NCBI RefSeq assembly: GCF_009914755.1
Contig: NC_060935.1
DNA from: the human T2T-CHM13v2.0 reference genome, Homo sapiens
Direction: 5' to 3' (one strand)
DNA: 64,000 nucleotides
Below, in pieces: positions 17,588 to 31,767 of the stretch. A program made the position numbers and the translations under genes. Positions within the stretch are counted from its first letter, which is position 1, and the number at the start of each line of letters is the position of its first letter. The notes beneath the pieces were generated by a model. It was given only the letters and a program-made list of their open reading frames with translations. It was not told the DNA's origin and made no database searches.

Positions 17588-18431
17588 CATCTTTGCTTTA
17601 CAACAGAACCAAAAGCGTCAACTTAAGAATTCATTTTACCTGCTGGTTTCCACAAGCTAGTTATGTGAACCATGTTTTACAAACAATAATAATATTACAA
17701 CAATAATTATGGAGAAGTTAATTGGATAATAGAGCTTTTCCACAATTCAAGTAGAAACACAGAAGAAACTGGATAATTTTAAGTCCTCTAACTCAAGACA
17801 TGCTGGTGCAAGCCTGGCCTGCGAGGCCCCATTGCCTGCGTCTCCCGGGGGCCTTAGGAAAGACTGACAGTTCGCGTGCCTCTGGGGAAATATCTACGCT
17901 ACAGAAAATCTTTAGGTGTTCAGTAGTTCTCTAGAGATTTTAAGTGGTATCACAACAGCCCATCCGGAGAACTTATTTCTAAATAATTTGAAAAACAAAC
18001 AAGAAACCATTAGGGTTTTCATGCAGAGCAGCCTCCAGAGCAACATTCTCTGAGAGGAAGAGTCGACCAGAGTGAGCTCTCCGCAGGGCCTGCTCTGCCC
18101 TCCCCTGCCCCGCTCTGCCCTTCGCAGGGCCTGCTGTGCCCTCCCCTGCCCTGCTCTGCCCTCCGCCGCCCTGCAGACACTCTCCCAGGACTATGGGAAC
18201 CCAAGCTCTCTCCTCTGGGCCAGACAAACAATGCTCAGGCCATGCACCTCCTCAGAAAAGGGGGCATGGGTTGCCACATCTTCAGAGAGCTCTGAGTAAA
18301 CTCCCTGGGCCCAGGGATGCAGGGGAGCCTGGTTGTTGCTGCAGAGCCAGCCTCATGTTCCCCTAAACATCCTTTCTAAACTAGAGATTTCTAGACTAAG
18401 ACAAAATCAACATGCATTCACACTTTATACT

Positions 18432-18624
18432 CTACTCCATTTTCAATCCCTTAGATTTAAACTCAGTGTGGAGAATCTGTGATAAGCACCTTCCAAATTC
18501 CTCCAGGATCATCTGCTCTGCCAGGCACTTGGAGCAGTGTTCTTTCTCGGCCTCTTCTCCCTGAGCAAGCAGGCAGGCGCATGTGGCCTCCACCACCTCC
18601 CAGGAGATGCATGAGGAAGGCCGC
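18432..18624 (-). CDS. TESMIN: TESMIN exon 10 (last coding exon): [21 protein letters not shown]...KGLKME*
   Basis: Acceptor ctgtttctgacag; 193 nt; TAG at 18434-18432. Completes the 1527-nt CDS. Confidence 0.95.
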
Positions 18625-18778
18625 CTGTCAGAAACAGAGCAGTTAAAGGCCGCTCAACAGTGCACCATTTCTACCTACAGTACTATTTATATTCAACAGA
18701 ACATTGCTTGTCCATGCTATTTTAAAGAACATCATCCACTAAAATCTAACGTTGTCTTCCTCATACTGGAAACTATTA

Positions 18779-19225
<447 letters not shown>

Positions 19226-20011
19226 GATTAACTGGTTTTAGAAGAATAACACAGAGGACAAGTAAATCTGTCCGTTTTTGACATGCCTCTCATGGCGGGT
19301 TTGAAATTTCCTCAAAATTAGATTCACTGACGAACCCAGAGGATCCCGGGCTACAGTGTCAAGCACGTGGGCCAGGCAGGAAATTGCAGAAGCAGGACTC
19401 TTGGCTGAGGCAGGGCACGGGGACAAGCCGAGCAGCTTTGCTCTGAGTCCTGTCCACGCTGGGTGTCTGCCTGTCCTCCCCGCAGGCCCACGTGCAGCCA
19501 GAGAAGGCCAAGGTTCTGAGGACTCGCCTGTCAAACCTTGGGGTCCTGCTGTCAGGACAGCCTTCCCCATCAATGCCGCTTGGAGCTGTGAAAGAGGTTC
19601 TGGAAGACAAGTTGAACCGCATCACATAGCGCCAGCTATTCTCCCCACTGAGCTCAGGGGGCAACTGTGGCTTAGCTAGATAGCAACCCAGGTGGCGCTA
19701 AGTCGAAAAATTTTCAGGAAAGCTTTATAAAACATTAAAAAGTGTTGGATTATAAAAATAAAGCAAAATGTTGGATTAAAGTCTCTCTATAAAGACAATA
19801 CACGATGACTTTGGTTGAAGAAGAAAAGATAGGGCTGCCCTTGGGAAAAGAAGGGCTGCTAACACTGCAAGACGAGGCTCCAATGTACAGGCCCCCACCG
19901 GACTCCACAGAACACACATCCTGCTGCAGGCGATGACATTTTCACACATCACTTCACAGACAATGCAGCCAGGTTTTGGTAAATTTTTACTGATAAAGAC
20001 CTCTGTGGGTC

Positions 20012-20292
20012 AGCTGGGTGCGGTGGCTTACGCCTGTAATCTCAGCAGTTTGGGACTCAGAGGTGGATGAATCACAGTTCAGGAGTTCGAGACCAATATG
20101 GCGAGACCCCATCTCTACAAAAAGTAGAAAAATCAGCCGGATGTGGTGGTGCGTGCCTGTAGTCCCAGCTACTCAGGAGGCTGAGGTGGGAGGATCACCT
20201 GAACCTGGGGAGGTTGAGGCTGCGTGAGCTGTGATCGCACCACTGCACTCCAGCCTGAGCAACTGAGTGAAAGCCCTGGTCTCAAAAAAAAG
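20012..20292 (+). mobile_element. Alu
   Basis: Alu consensus. Confidence 0.85.
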
Positions 20293-20997
20293 ACCCCTGT
20301 AGGTCACAATCATGAGTATTTCTGATATCTCTCTAACCAAATAAGCATGAATTTGGCTTTGCAAAATATTAATTAATGACATCTGGTAGTTTATCATGAT
20401 ATGACCATTACATTGAACTCGAAGTTTTTTTTAAACAAATGAATGGAATCTAATAGATAGTAAAACTATGACTCAACTTTGAGAACTACTAGGATTACAA
20501 TGTGGCTTCAAAACTGATAAATGCAAAATTATCCAACTAATCCGGATCCACAACTGCTTAGTAAGGAAAACAATCTGGACCAAGTACAGCTCTTTGCTGC
20601 CACTTCCCACGATAAAGGATAGGGAGGTACGCACTGTCTTTGCTGCGCTGGGTCGTTGTGGCTCTATATTAACGCAAAGGCAGTGTCAGAACTCTGCTAG
20701 CCCTGCTGGTGATCCTGGCAGCAGGGCTCTTTTGTCTGGTACAAAACGGGAGTAACTCAGACAGTGAGGATGAGAAGACAAAGAGGACAAAACAGGTTTC
20801 TGCAGCGGGGCCTCTAAGGAAACACAGTGGCCACCCAGGATTAGCCCATGGAGGGAGGAACGACTTCCCTCTGCCCCCAAACACACGCCCGCCCCTGCAG
20901 GCTCACACATTCTTTCCAGTGTATAAATTGTCGTTAATTCTCCTCTCAAATTAACCTCTGTTCCCTCTATTAGCAGAGGTTAGTTCAAAGTACCTAC

Positions 20998-21173
20998 CTA
21001 TCGTGACTGAATCTTGGAAGTCCTGAAAATTTCGTTGGTGGCAGGTAATGGCTGCCTTCCAAACCTCCAGTCTGCATGTAGTTTGGCATGCTCATTAGTG
21101 TCTTTCGTTCTGGGCTTTCTTCATAATTTTTGCAACCAATGCATTTGCAAATAGAAGAACACATAATTTGGGC
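20998..21173 (-). CDS. TESMIN: TESMIN exon 9: [20 protein letters not shown]...FSHDR
   Basis: ttaccag| acceptor and |gtaggt donor; 176 nt; encodes the end of CXC2. Confidence 0.95.
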
Positions 21174-21282
21174 CTGGTAATATAAAATGCTTCAATAAAA
21201 TTAGGTTGTCTCACAAGTCATCAAAAACTGACAAATTCTATTTGGACCTTAAATAATTCTTCGCGTATATTTGCCCATGACA

Positions 21283-21582
21283 GAGAGTGTGTGTGTGTCT
21301 GTGTGTGTTGAGTGTGAATGTGTGGGTGAGAGCGTGTGTTGAACGTGAGTGTGTGTATGAGTGTGTGTGGGGTGTGTGTGTGTTGAGTGTGAATGTGTAA
21401 GAGTGTGTGTGTGTTGAGCGTGTATATGAGTGTGTGTGGGGTGTGTGTGTGTCGAGTGTGCGTGTGTGTGCATGAGTGTATGTGGGGTTTGGGTATGTGT
21501 GTGTATATGTGTGAGTGAATGTGAATGTGTGTGTGACTGTGTGTGTTTGAATGTGTGCGTTTGAGAGTGTGTGTGTGTGTGT
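21283..21582. repeat. Imperfect (TG)n/(CA)n compound microsatellite, about 300 bp
   Basis: Directly visible in the sequence. Confidence 0.95.
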
Positions 21583-23393
21583 GACCTGCAGTTTTCATCA
21601 AGTGCTGCTGTTGTGGAGATGCCATAGTCCTGCTGCTGACAGAGTGGAGGCCGAGTGTATGGGTGTGAGTCCCAAGCAGAGAGAGGGTGTTGCTCTCCCT
21701 TCTCTACCCGGGAGCCAGCAGGCTGCTTCTTTGACTTGTTTTGAAGAAAGCCTGCCTTAGCTGATTATAAAACTCTAGCTTATGGTTCTCTTTCAGCATG
21801 TGAGGCTATTATGCTGGTTCTATGGGTGCAGAGAATGTACAAGAGAGTAGAATTCGAAATCTGCCTGAGAGCAGGCCTGTGGCTGGGAGCTGTCAGGGGA
21901 GACCTCTCCTGCTGCCTTGTGGGTGGATTTTGTTTCAAGCTTTTCCTGGCAATGTGATGCTGAGGGGGCCGGCATGTCCCATCTGTACCCAGCAAGCCCC
22001 CTCTTGCCCCCTCATGCCAAATTCTTGCTCATGTGGGCCCCAGGGGCTGACCAAGAGCTGGCACTGCCAATCACTATGGTTTTTGGCTTTCTCTTTCCTT
22101 CAGCCCCCCGGGGATTTCCCTCTGTTCTTTCCAGCTGAGAGATGCATCTTCAGGGGGATGCGTTCTGTTTCATCTGCACCTCTGGGTGTTTTGAAGCAGG
22201 AGGCTTTATAGAGTTTCTAGTCTACACGAATGCCAGAGACTAAAGGGCAGTGCTATCCCTTTCCTCTGAGCCTGCACATTCTGTGGGCTGTGCCCAGCAT
22301 AGGCTCTGCCTTGGGGAAGTGGGCTGAGCCACAGTTCCATGGCAGCCAGTGAAGGTGTTTTGCAGGACAGAGGAGCTGCTGTGGGTGCGATTGGAAGTGG
22401 TTCCTCGGGGGTGATGTCAGTCCCATTTCAACTGTGCATCTCTGTCGTGTTTTGACTGTGTTTTCCACATCCGAGCTGGGGAGTGTGGGGTCCACCTTCC
22501 CAGGTCTTTCAGTGCATGTCTCCAGAATCAGGTGGACTGTTCTCAAGCCCAACCCTCTGTGACAGACAGCCTTTGAAAAGTATAATTCACAGGAACCCCC
22601 AAAAGACCTCAAGCAAACCAAAACAGAGGTTTGTAAGGAAGGTTTGCTCGGCTGTTCCCCTGATAGGGCCTAAGGGTTCCCTCACTTTCTCTTTCCTCCT
22701 TTCCCTCAACACAAAGGAAAAGAGAAATAGCAAAGAGAGGTGAAACTGCGACAGCACTGAAGGGGAAAGTGGGTCCTCATTAATCTTTGGGAAAAGAAAA
22801 AGCTTTTGTCCAGGCCGTGATCTGCAGCTTGCTTTGTTAGCCTCTCTCCATTGGCTTAGGCTGGCTGTCCATTCTGGTCTCTGATGGGGCTGTGAGCCAG
22901 GGAGGAGCTACCCTTGGTCAAAGCACCAGGTGAATGGATGTCTGGGGACAAGCGCCACAGGGACTTGGAACTGACTGAGACTTTGAGGCCAAACTGTCCC
23001 CCACGGCCCCACCTAGAGCACCTGGGCTTTGCTCAGGGAGGAAGAGGCGCGGCTGCCCTCCGGGAGCTTCCACCCTGTTGGAGGACCAGCGTGGATCAGT
23101 GGCCACAGAGGGACAAAGCCACGCAGAGGGCACCCTCACTGGGTACTCAGGGCTGGGCTCAGGGGAAGCAACATGCTCCAAAAGGAGCCCTCAGCAAATT
23201 GACCCGGTTCACAAAGCTCAGCTGTATTTGGGAAATTAATTCAGATTGATGTAAGTGTCCTTCTAGAAACTCTGGAAGAAAAAAATAATTATATTTATCT
23301 TTTTAAATTACAGCAAAGTTTTTTTAACCACAAAAGTTACTCAACATATTTACCTGTGTTTTTTGTTAGTGAGTTAGGGAGCTGGGCACTAAC

Positions 23394-23531
23394 CTCATAG
23401 CACTCGCAGTAATTCTTCAGGCAGCCTGACCTCCTGCAGTTGCACCCTTTGTTGTGCTGGGGCTTGACATTGCCCAATTGGCCCTTCCCAATTTTTGGCT
23501 GGAAAGCTTCTGGATTTCTACCAAGACATGC
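23394..23531 (-). CDS. TESMIN: TESMIN exon 8: [14 protein letters not shown]...[21 protein letters not shown]
   Basis: ctaccctag| acceptor and |gttagt donor; 138 nt; contains the RNPxAFxPK linker and the start of CXC2. Confidence 0.96.
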
Positions 23532-23919
23532 CTAGGGTAGAATGGGAAGCTCCATCAGGATGGATTTTATCATTTAAAACTCAGCTCAATGAAGGGCATC
23601 TCATTTGAATCTGATTGTTGTAAAAGATGCCACAATAAACAGAGTCTCTTGACATGGTTCAGAAGGTGCAGCCCCTTCTTGTTTGATTTCCATTTGTTTC
23701 CATACACAAAAAGATATATTGTAGCTAAGGTTTCTTCATGTTTTGTTTTCTGAGTTTCCAAGTCTTACATATTTACTGTAAAAAAATAATAGATGGTAAA
23801 GATGCAAAGAAAATCATTATTTCCGTGTGGACACATTTCCATCCAGCATTTCTGGGGCCCTCTTTCCTAAGATGGTTGAGACCGTGGACCATACTAGCAG
23901 CTCACACTGCCTGATCACA

Positions 23920-24115
23920 ACTCAACACACCATGTGCCAGGCTTCTTTCCATGGGATTTATATATACATGCCCTCTCATTTAATCCTCAGCAACTAACGT
24001 ATGATTGTTTTATACCCGGAGAAACCCAGGCACCGAGAGGTTAAATAACTGCTGGTAAGTGGCGAGATCCTGATTCAAAGTCCCTGTGCTGACTTCAAAG
24101 CAGGTCTCAACCGCT
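23920..24115 (-). mobile_element. MIR
   Basis: MIR core motifs (tcatttaatcctca..., gagaggttaaataact). Confidence 0.65.
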
Positions 24116-25960
24116 GGGCCATGCCTTTCCCAAGCAATACACACGATATGTTATCCAGGTCTATTTGTTGTCCCTTTTTAATCTATCTATACACACAAAT
24201 ACATACATATCTTTACATACAAAACAATTCAACGCTCTTTGTAAAAATTCAAATACAGAGGTCACAGTGGAAGTCTGTGGCCTCCGTTCCGCTTCCTGGG
24301 GTTGACATTTGGAATCGGTGCTGTCCAGCAGCACGGCCCCTAGCACAGGGCCATCGCTACAGAATGTGCTGCTGGACAGCCCCAGCCTGCGGTGCGCGGC
24401 TTTAGGCATTTTCACGGATCACTGAAGTGTGACAGGCAGTGGAGGCACACATCTGCAGCTGTGGCATGATGATCTTGTGCATGTGTGCACACCTGTGTAC
24501 CTGTGCACACCTGTGTACCTGCTACCAAGGTCAAGTTAGAGGACAGGCGGCCCCACAGGTTGCCTTGTGACTCCTCCTCAGCGGTGCACCCCCGCGGGGA
24601 ATGCTCTTCAGACATAGAGGGCTTTAGGTTTGCCTATGCTGGTGCCTCAGGTAAGTGGAATCCCACAGCTTGTACTCCCGTGTCGGCTGCCTCCCTCAGA
24701 TAACAACTAGGAGGTCCGTCCGCACTGCTGCGCTTAGCTGTAGCTCCTGCTTTTCATCAATGCATCAATTCATCCATTCTACCACGGATGGACATTTGGG
24801 CTGTTTCCAGTGCCTGGCTACTCTGAATGAAGCTGCTGTGAACATTCCCGTACAAATCTCCCAGTGGACATTGGCGCTTGCTTCTATTGGCTATATTTGT
24901 AGGAAGGAAATGGCTGGATCATAGCATACACAAAGGTTTAGTTTTGGTAGCTATTGTCAAACAGTTTCCCGAAGTGGTTGTGCCCCTTTATATGCCTATC
25001 AGCAATGTATGAAAATTCCAACCCTTTTTGTTTTTACAGTTTTAACTGTAGATAGTATTCTTTATCCCTAAATAAAATGTACTAAAGTTTACATGCGTGA
25101 CAATTTTCTTCTGTCCTATGGCTCTGGCTATATCAAAATTGGTTAGATATTTCAAGTCATTTATCCATAATTCAAGAGGAGAATTAAATTATTTTAGAAA
25201 ACAATGCAGAGAGCAGCCACACCCTTATAATTGTGTTCTATTTGCACAGGACATTCTCAGGTCTACAGTCAATGGCTCTCAATTTCCCTTCGTGAATGAG
25301 TGGGCACCGGAAGTGTCTCCCTGGAGTAGGTTGACAGCCTTGAGCCTAACTGTCCCTCCTTTATCCCTGATTATCTTTTGTGCCTAAAGAAAGGGATAAA
25401 AGCTGCAAGCTCCTGTGTTTAGCCTTCAGCAGAGTGGCCATCGGGGGCATCAAAGTAACCTTTTGCGTCTCTGGGAAAACCTAGATTCTTCTCTTTTTCT
25501 GGAAGCTGAGGGGTGAAATTTAAATTGTTAAATTTTACAATTGAAAATGTAGGCTGCCTGATCACTTTCCCCTAGCCTTCTCACGCAGTGGACTGTCTAC
25601 ACCTTTGCGGCTACACTGCTCCAGCTCATGCTTATCTGCTATGTAAGATGACCCCAAATGTCTAAACTCCAAGATAAAGTGGACATTCGCATGTTCTTGA
25701 ATCAGAACCTTCCTAGACTGCTGCATCTCTGAAGCCTTCCCACATAATAAAAGGGAAAAGGCCTTTCTCTGCCTACCACTTTTACAACAGCCGCTTGTCG
25801 TGGTTCAATACCCCCACCGGCAGGAATCAAGTTGTATTCAATGTAAATTCTTCAAAACTGTGGGTTTTTTCCAATGAGGAATCTCTGAAGGTGATTTTAT
25901 GAACATCTCAAACAGTTTGAAATGCTTTTAAAATGCATACATTTAATGGACATTTATTAC

Positions 25961-26063
25961 CTTAATGGCTTTAAACCGTTCAATATCATGATGCAAGTTG
26001 TTGCAACAATTATTACAATTGCAGTTGTTGCAAAAGTCCCCACTGGCAAAGCAGTCACAGTAC
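25961..26063 (-). CDS. TESMIN: TESMIN exon 7: [34 protein letters not shown]
   Basis: tcctttccttcacag| acceptor and |gtaata donor; 103 nt; encodes the C-terminal part of CXC1. Confidence 0.96.
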
Positions 26064-27299
26064 CTGTGAAGGAAAGGACAGAGTGAGTGGCAGGCACAGA
26101 CGGCACAGTGAGTAGTGAAAAGAAGAGCACACACGTGTAAGGAAAGAGCGGGCAGTGTGCTGCAGTCAGAACACTGAACACTTTCATAGACGGCTCAGAC
26201 TCCTTTTATATGAGAACTAGATCAACTAGGATAATGCTCACCAGTGACTAACACAGAAGGGAGTAAAACTAGTTAAAACCATTTGTTTCATAATATAGGA
26301 TTTTGCAAAGCAAAACAATTTCCTGTCAAATCCATTGCATCAATCAATCCTCCCTGGCCCCTAATTGCCCTCCGCCATTTTCCCAGGAGCGCAATAAGTT
26401 TGGTGGGCAGAAACATCAAGTAATGAAGAGCTGTCCCCATCAACTTCCCCAGTCCATCCAACATGACTGAAGGTGTGTTCACTTCTTCACCAGACCTTGA
26501 CTTTGAGTGAAAACTAATGGGACCCAGAGGTGGAACCTGGCCTAGGCCTTAACTCGCTTTCATTCTGTGAGGGGGAAGTGAATGGCAGAGGAAAGGAATG
26601 GATGAGGCGGCTGCAGTCACACCTCTTGGTTGTAATGCGAGGGTTGTTCGAGAATCCTGAGTCTAGTGAGGCCCTTGGAGTGGACACCACCATGCCCTGT
26701 GACTCCTGGGGCCACACAGGTGGGTGGCAGTGCTGTGGATTGGCTCTGAGGGCTTCCTGGGAGAGCCGCCAGTGCTGGCAGCCAGTCTCCCTCCCAAGGT
26801 CTTGTAAGACGCCTGCTCCTGCATTGTAAGGCAGAGAGGTGTTTACAGGCACGCGCTTTACCCTTACTGGGATGGGCAAGGGCGACGCTCTCCTTAACTC
26901 ATGTGAAAATGTAGCATCAAGGCAAGGACTCCTACTGTGCCACCTATGACCCGCGCCCCAGAGAGCCACCCCATGGCTTCCACCTGTGACCAGAGAAGAC
27001 CCCTGTCACTGTCTTCTGTGAGCATGGTTCATCGAAAAGAGCTTCCAACTCGTTTTCCACATCGGCTCTGCCGCCTTCTCCCCATGTGCCAGTCAGCTTT
27101 GCAAGCTGTAGAGTGGGAATCGTGGTGCTCAGCCTCCCAGTCCCAAAGCGCTGCTGAGGGAAACCCTGGGCGTGTGAAGCTTCCCATAGTGCTGCAGGAA
27201 CACGGCGAGGGCCGTGCAGGAGACCAGAGGTCTGCAGAAACCTCTCTGGGGCAGAATTCCCAAACACAATTCTTTTCATAATTATTATTTTCATATTTT

Positions 27300-30200
27300 A
27301 AAATAATATTTTAATGTCAAGTCAACAGGAAAGTAAAGAGGATCATTAGAGGCCAAAAAGACAAGAAATTGTGAACCCAGAGAGGCGAGTTCTGCAGCAG
27401 CTAAGTGCTGCCCTGGGGCATCTGCCAGTCCCTAGGGACCCGGAGCTTGGGTTCCAATGTGCAGCAGACAGGAGACAAAGTCTGGGCATCAGACCAGAGA
27501 CCCCTCATAAAGTGTGGATCCCTGAAAGGCGAGCTCCCCAAGGAGTGAATTATTAGAGACAACTCCACTCCACAACAGGGGAGAGGAGAGACACATCCCC
27601 TGCAGGGAGAAAGGGGAACTATAGAGGTCTCTCCTGAACCTGCAAGCCACGCAGATGGAAAGAAGGGAAAGGGGACAGTGACAGAAGATTTGGACACCAG
27701 ATAGCAGAGGGGCGAGAGAACTGGCGTGGCAGACTCAAGAATGCTGAACCTGAAGTCAGCAGGAAAGAGCTGGGAAGGAGCTTCGGAAGGCTCTGGAATG
27801 GGCAGCACCAGGTTCCTCCAAGGGAGAGCAAAGCCAGGTGAGATAAGAAGAGAACCAGGGGGATTCTCTGCAGGAAGGCATGAGTCCCCAGATGACTCCT
27901 CCTTCCTAAGCAGCTGGGACCCCCCTGCCACCGTGGCAGAGACTAAAAGTGACTCTCTTGGAGCAAAACCATTGGGCGTGGGATATGATAATGAACAAAT
28001 CCAAGAAAAGTGATTGTTGAGACCCCTAGGTTTCTTCTACTCAGCTTCTAGCATTCTAGCAGGAGACTAGAAAAGCCTCCTCTGAGGACTCTGACCAGCC
28101 CAGGAGAAAATATCTAGAATTTGACATTGAGCTTTCCCAATAAAATAGCTAAGTGACCACCCTGTGGTGAAGCTACAGTGACCAAGCCCTCAGCAGTGCA
28201 CCTGCAGGCCCAGTCAGCCCACACCTCAGCTACAGCCCCCAGACAGCCCACTCCTCAGCTACAGCCCCCCGGTCAGCCCACCCCTCACCTGCAGCCCCCA
28301 GTCAGCCCACACCTCATTCTTAAGTATGAGCAGAGTGACGCCCAGGGATCCACAGACATGTTAGGAAATCTTCCAGAGTATGAAAGACAGGGGCCCAGAG
28401 AAACGGACCATGCATGGAAAAGAAAACTAGGAGGAAAGTGGTATCAACAGCCTTAGAGAGACTAAGAAAAGTTATTGATCGATGAAACAGGAAAATAATT
28501 CTTATTAAAAATCTCAGGATATGAAAAAAGATATTTTAGGAAGCAAAAAAGTAATCACAGTGATGAAAGACCTAGAAGGTATGAAAACTAGAACTAATCA
28601 GAGGAGAAAGCAACAGTGGGCCAGACTAGAAAATCCAACATTTATATAGTAAGAATTTCAGAAATACTGAATATTAAGAATGAAGGGGATACAATAATTC
28701 CAGAACATTTCCCAGAACTAAAGGCCATGAGTTTCTGAAGGGAAAGGACCTGCCTTGGGCTCTGCACAGTAGCTAGGAAAGAGACTGGAACCAAGACAGC
28801 ATGAGCACATTCTGCAGCACTGGGAATAAGAGATGATCCTCTATGGTTCTAGAAAGTATAAAACAGTTTTCATACAGAGGATCAAGAAAAACAATGATGT
28901 TAAAATTCCACTAGCAACATTGGAAGCTAGAAGAAATGCAGTAAGGCCTTCAAAAGTCCAAAGAAAAACCATTTCCAACCTGAAGTTATACTCCCAATCT
29001 AAATTATCATCTAAGCATGAGGATAGACTAAGACATTTTTAGACACGTAAGGTCTGAAGAAATTACATCCCATGTACTCTTCCTCATGGAAGCTACTGGA
29101 GAAGGCACTGCACCAAAATGAGGCTGTGAATCCCACAAGGAAGATGCGGGCTCCAGGAGTCAGGAGCCCAAACATGACAAAGAAGCTGGTGAACCCCTTA
29201 GCATGATAGTAGAGGGGGGTCCAAGACGAGAGCTGCACACAGGCCTGGAAACCAGCCCCTCCATGGCAGGCCAGGCCAGGCAGCTCAGGAAAAGCCTTCA
29301 CGACAGGACTGACAGTGCCCCCACTTCTGGGCATGTTGAGAAGACCGTTACACAACCAGAGGAGAGGTTAGTGTTATGTTAGTGTTGTGTGCATAGAAGA
29401 CTAAGTACTGGGTATGAACAGAAAGGGAAAGGTAAAGAAGTTCAGGAAAGGATAATTCATGAAGGCTCAGCAGGGACCAGAGTTTTCATCGTCATAAAAA
29501 TGTAAAGACTCAATGCTAATCTAACCAAGTCTATCTCATGTCTGGGTGTGGGAAATGTGTGTGTTGGTAGGGGTTGGTGTGTGAGTGGGAGAGGAAATAA
29601 AGCTAAATCCACATTTCCCACAGTACAAAAACAATAGATCACACCAAACTGAAAAGCCGAGGAGTAATTCAGACCTGTTATTTAGACTTATGGAAGCAAA
29701 TATTAGAAGATTCAGTTAAAAGAGTTGAAAGTTCCTGGGGGTCAGAAAATAAGGAACAATTGTCAGGGTACTACTATGTTTTGTCATGAGCCTGGTACAA
29801 TTATGTGGCTCTCTAAATTATATGTGTATGTGATTTGGATAAAAATAATAAACTGAGAGTAAGACAGAATAAAAGATAAAGAAATTAGTCTAGATGCAGC
29901 ACAGAAGACAGATTGCAAATATACAAGAGAGGTTAAGAGAAACAGTCAAGAGTTAGAGAGGCTAACGTGTCTGTCTGGTGAGCATTACGGAAGGAGAGAG
30001 GAGAGAAAATGGGGGAGAGGCATCTTTGGAGTGAGGATATCTGTGAGTTTTCCGGAACTGATGATAACTGTGGATGCTCAGATTTAGGAAACCTAATGAA
30101 CTCTAAGAAAGACAAACAAAAAGAAAAACCAAAGACAAAAAGAAAATCTCAAATGCACTAGAGTAGAAAGATACATTACCTAGACTTGCATCTGACTGCT

Positions 30201-30300
30201 TGTTAGAAATAATGGGAAACAGCAGACTGTTTTCAAAGCATTGGCAGAAAAAACCTGACAACCTAGAATTGCATACCCAGTAAAAGTATGTTTACTCACC
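27300..30300 (+). mobile_element. Old L1 fragments (5'/ORF1-like)
   Basis: A-rich sequence with L1M ORF1-like motifs (gaacatttcccagaactaaag, caacctagaatt). Confidence 0.6.
28200..28316. repeat. About 25-bp minisatellite (cagcccac.cctca.ct.cagcccc), about 4 copies
   Basis: Directly visible in the sequence. Confidence 0.75.
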
Positions 30301-30639
30301 GAGGTCCAGGCTAGGCACACTTCTTTTTTTCACCGTACACTCTTTTGCTGACTGATTTTATTAACTCTTGCCCTTTTAATCTTTTGAAGATTTTAAAATC
30401 TGTTTTCACCAAACCTGCTCTCTCTCCCACACTCCAGACCCTAAAATCCTTATTGTTTTATTTCCCAAACATAATGAAAGGGTGGGCTGTCCACATGTGC
30501 TCTTATCATTCCTCATCTCCCATTCATTCTTTAACCTTTGCGTTCAGATTTCCTCCTCCTGCCCACAGACTCTCAAAGGCAATCAACCAGCTCCTGGAAA
30601 ACCCAGGGCTCTCTTCACTGTTCTTGAGAGCTTTAGACC

Positions 30640-31767
30640 CTACTGTGTTCCAGAACCACATCCCAGCTTCCAGTCAGAAATCTCTATCTTCAATTCAGCG
30701 TGTCCACCCCTTCACCCACGGTCTTCATCTGCACCCCTCGTGCTGCTCCAGCCACTCTCTCCTCCTGTGCTTGCTCTCCATCCATGGTGTTACCATATGC
30801 CCAGTAACACAGCCCCTGTGTTGGTTCTGACAATTACCTTGCTCTGTTTCCCCACATCCAAGGGTTGCCAAATCTACTGATTCTGGCTCAGAAATGTCTT
30901 TTATTAATTTTATTTTTGATAAATGTAAATCATATTTATTGTGGAATTTTTAAAAATACAAATAAGTAAAAAGAAACAAATTACATCCAATCTGAATCTC
31001 ATTCCCTAGAGATGATCATTTGATGAATATATTTCAGACTTTTTCTGTAAAACTATACATACTGAAATAAGTATATGTTGTTTGGTTACAGATTATATGT
31101 AAACAAAAATAAGATCATATTCTACAAACTGCTTCAGTGTGCTTTTATTACTTATCAATAGAAGTAATAAAGATAACATCTTTCTTTTATTACTCATCAG
31201 TATGTTATGAATGTTTCCCATGTAAATAGATTTACATACCATTTTAATTGCTGTACATACCCCATACTATAGCAGCACCTTGATTTATTTAATAATTCAC
31301 TTTATACTGAGCATGTAGATGTTTTATATATCTTGGAAATATAAACAATACTATAGTAGTGGTGTTGGTCTTCTTTCTGTTCCTAGAACCATCCACCCTC
31401 CCTCTCTTGCCACAGGGCCTTTGCACCTGCTGTTTCCTCTGCCTACAACACTCTTAGCATCCACCTTCAATCTACTTCCACCCAATGAACTCCCCCTAAT
31501 CCAAACACACCTCCTCAGGGAAGCCTTCCCCGACTGCCATGCTTGCTCAACACGTCCCACCCCCTCAGCCCATTACTGCTCCTTTGCCACATTTTCCATG
31601 GTTCCACTCCGACCTTTAATTACATGATGATTCATATGGGAATAGTCACTTTAGACTGTGAGTGCTGGGAGGGCAGGGACCGTAACTCTCTTGCTCACTC
31701 TGTCTTCCCTGTTCCTGAGATCATGGGCATTCAAAAATATTTATGGAATGAATGAATAAATGAGTGA
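30640..31767 (+). mobile_element. L2 fragments
   Basis: L2 3' motifs (cagggcctttgcacctgctgtt...) ending in gaatgaatgaataaatga. Confidence 0.65.

Noticed and set aside
19684-19699. CTCF-like motif acccaggtggcgct (also ~48414)
   Set aside because: Only the 3' half matches the consensus; cannot be supported without ChIP data.
21221-21625. His/Thr-rich ORFs
   Set aside because: Translation of the CA microsatellite.
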